From Alistipes sp. (lineage in GTDB: Bacteria > Bacteroidota > Bacteroidia > Bacteroidales > Rikenellaceae): a stretch of DNA of 36,881 nucleotides. Location of the stretch: contig JAZNQJ010000169.1 of the NCBI GenBank assembly GCA_045590115.1, positions 1 to 36,881 of the forward strand. The letters run 5' to 3'. Position numbers and translations under genes: made by a program. Shown one piece after another: positions 36,195 to 36,881 of this stretch. The notes under the pieces are model-generated. The model made no database searches and had not been told where the DNA came from. It saw only the letters and a list, made by a program, of their open reading frames with translations. Each line of letters begins with the position of its first letter. The first letter of the stretch is position 1.

Positions 36195-36881
36195 CTCTTA
36201 TAAATTTATGTTTTCCACCCTTTTTCCATCTGGCGTGGCCCATAAGATAGTGACCATTTAACCTTACCACAAAGCCACCACCTGCGGGCATATCAATCTT
36301 AAACTTTCCACGGCACTCACTATATTTCTCAAGGGGAACTACAATATGCTTATACTCCGTGGGAGTCTCCCCATCGACATACATCTCAATATATTCGGCA
36401 ATAAAGATTAGAGAGATGTCCATCTGAAACTCAACGCTTCGCGCCTTGTTGCCATTCAAACCCGCAAAATAGACATCTGTACTACCATCGCCATCGGGAT
36501 TGTAGTTCTCTTGAAAACCTACGACATACTCGCCAACCTCACCTTGCAGAAGATAAGGTTTGCCCATATCGGTAGGAATATCGGCAAGGAACTTGGTAAA
36601 CTCAGGCTCCGCCTCATACGCCGTAGGTGAGTCGCAAAGCATTGCAAGAGGCTGATTATACAGCACATACATTGCCGCCTGGTGGCATCGTGTGCCTTGG
36701 CTCATTGGGCGTGAGTAGTTTGGCACAAAATTCGCTCTTGAGGCATTGCGCATAGCGCCAGGCGTGTAGTCCACAGGGCCTGCCGCAGTGCGGATAAAGG
36801 GTATCGTAACATCGTAGGTCAGCTGGTCGTGCTCCCTGCCGAGCCACTTCATCGTCCCAAGGCCGTGAACGCCCTCGAAAT
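36184..36881 (-). CDS. GH97 glycoside hydrolase, C-terminal part (5'-partial)
   Basis: Frame is open to the window end (FEGVHGLGTMKW...); IPFIRTAAGPVDYTPGAM, QGTRCHQAAMYV, MLCDSPTAY and AGGGFVV motifs. Confidence 0.88.
   Translation of the reverse strand, partial: FEGVHGLGTMKWLGREHDQLTYDVTIPFIRTAAGPVDYTPGAMRNASRANFVPNYSRPMSQGTRCHQAAMYVLYNQPLAMLCDSPTAYEAEPEFTKFLADIPTDMGKPYLLQGEVGEYVVGFQENYNPDGDGSTDVYFAGLNGNKARSVEFQMDISLIFIAEYIEMYVDGETPTEYKHIVVPLEKYSECRGKFKIDMPAGGGFVVRLNGHYLMGHARWKKGGKHKFIRDEN

Overview
This is a chromosomal segment of a Bacteroidales bacterium, probably Rikenellaceae/Alistipes-like. The call rests on TAnnTTTG -7 promoter elements, AT-rich leaders mostly lacking SD sites, and Bacteroidetes-type exbBD, fabG and GH92/GH97 genes. 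Contents in order: exbB-accessory membrane protein-exbD-exbD operon; a divergent TonB-dependent-receptor-like barrel; ccsBA plus a tri-haem cytochrome c peroxidase; a ~124-bp palindromic element; serS; a 56-aa 2[4Fe-4S] ferredoxin missed by the ORF track; rlhA-like U32 protein, SAM methyltransferase and two short-chain chromate transporters; CotH kinase with a ComEA-like protein; a membrane-spanning TPR-HTH regulator; mscS and a WG-repeat protein; fabH-fabF-fabG divergent from a membrane LytTR regulator; comF-priA-yitT; GH92-GH92-GH97 (partial). I found no rRNA, tRNA, CRISPR array or transposase. Best leads: (1) three GCTGA-N3-TCAGC-like boxes, a consensus promoter and a ~240-nt structured, apparently non-coding transcript behind the TPR-HTH regulator; (2) three direct repeats at exact 20-bp period between the LytTR gene and the fab promoter; (3) an ExbBD accessory protein with a very long coiled-coil loop; (4) a GH97 whose catalytic-acid Glu reads as Gly. 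Family calls are from motif recognition only; no searches were run.
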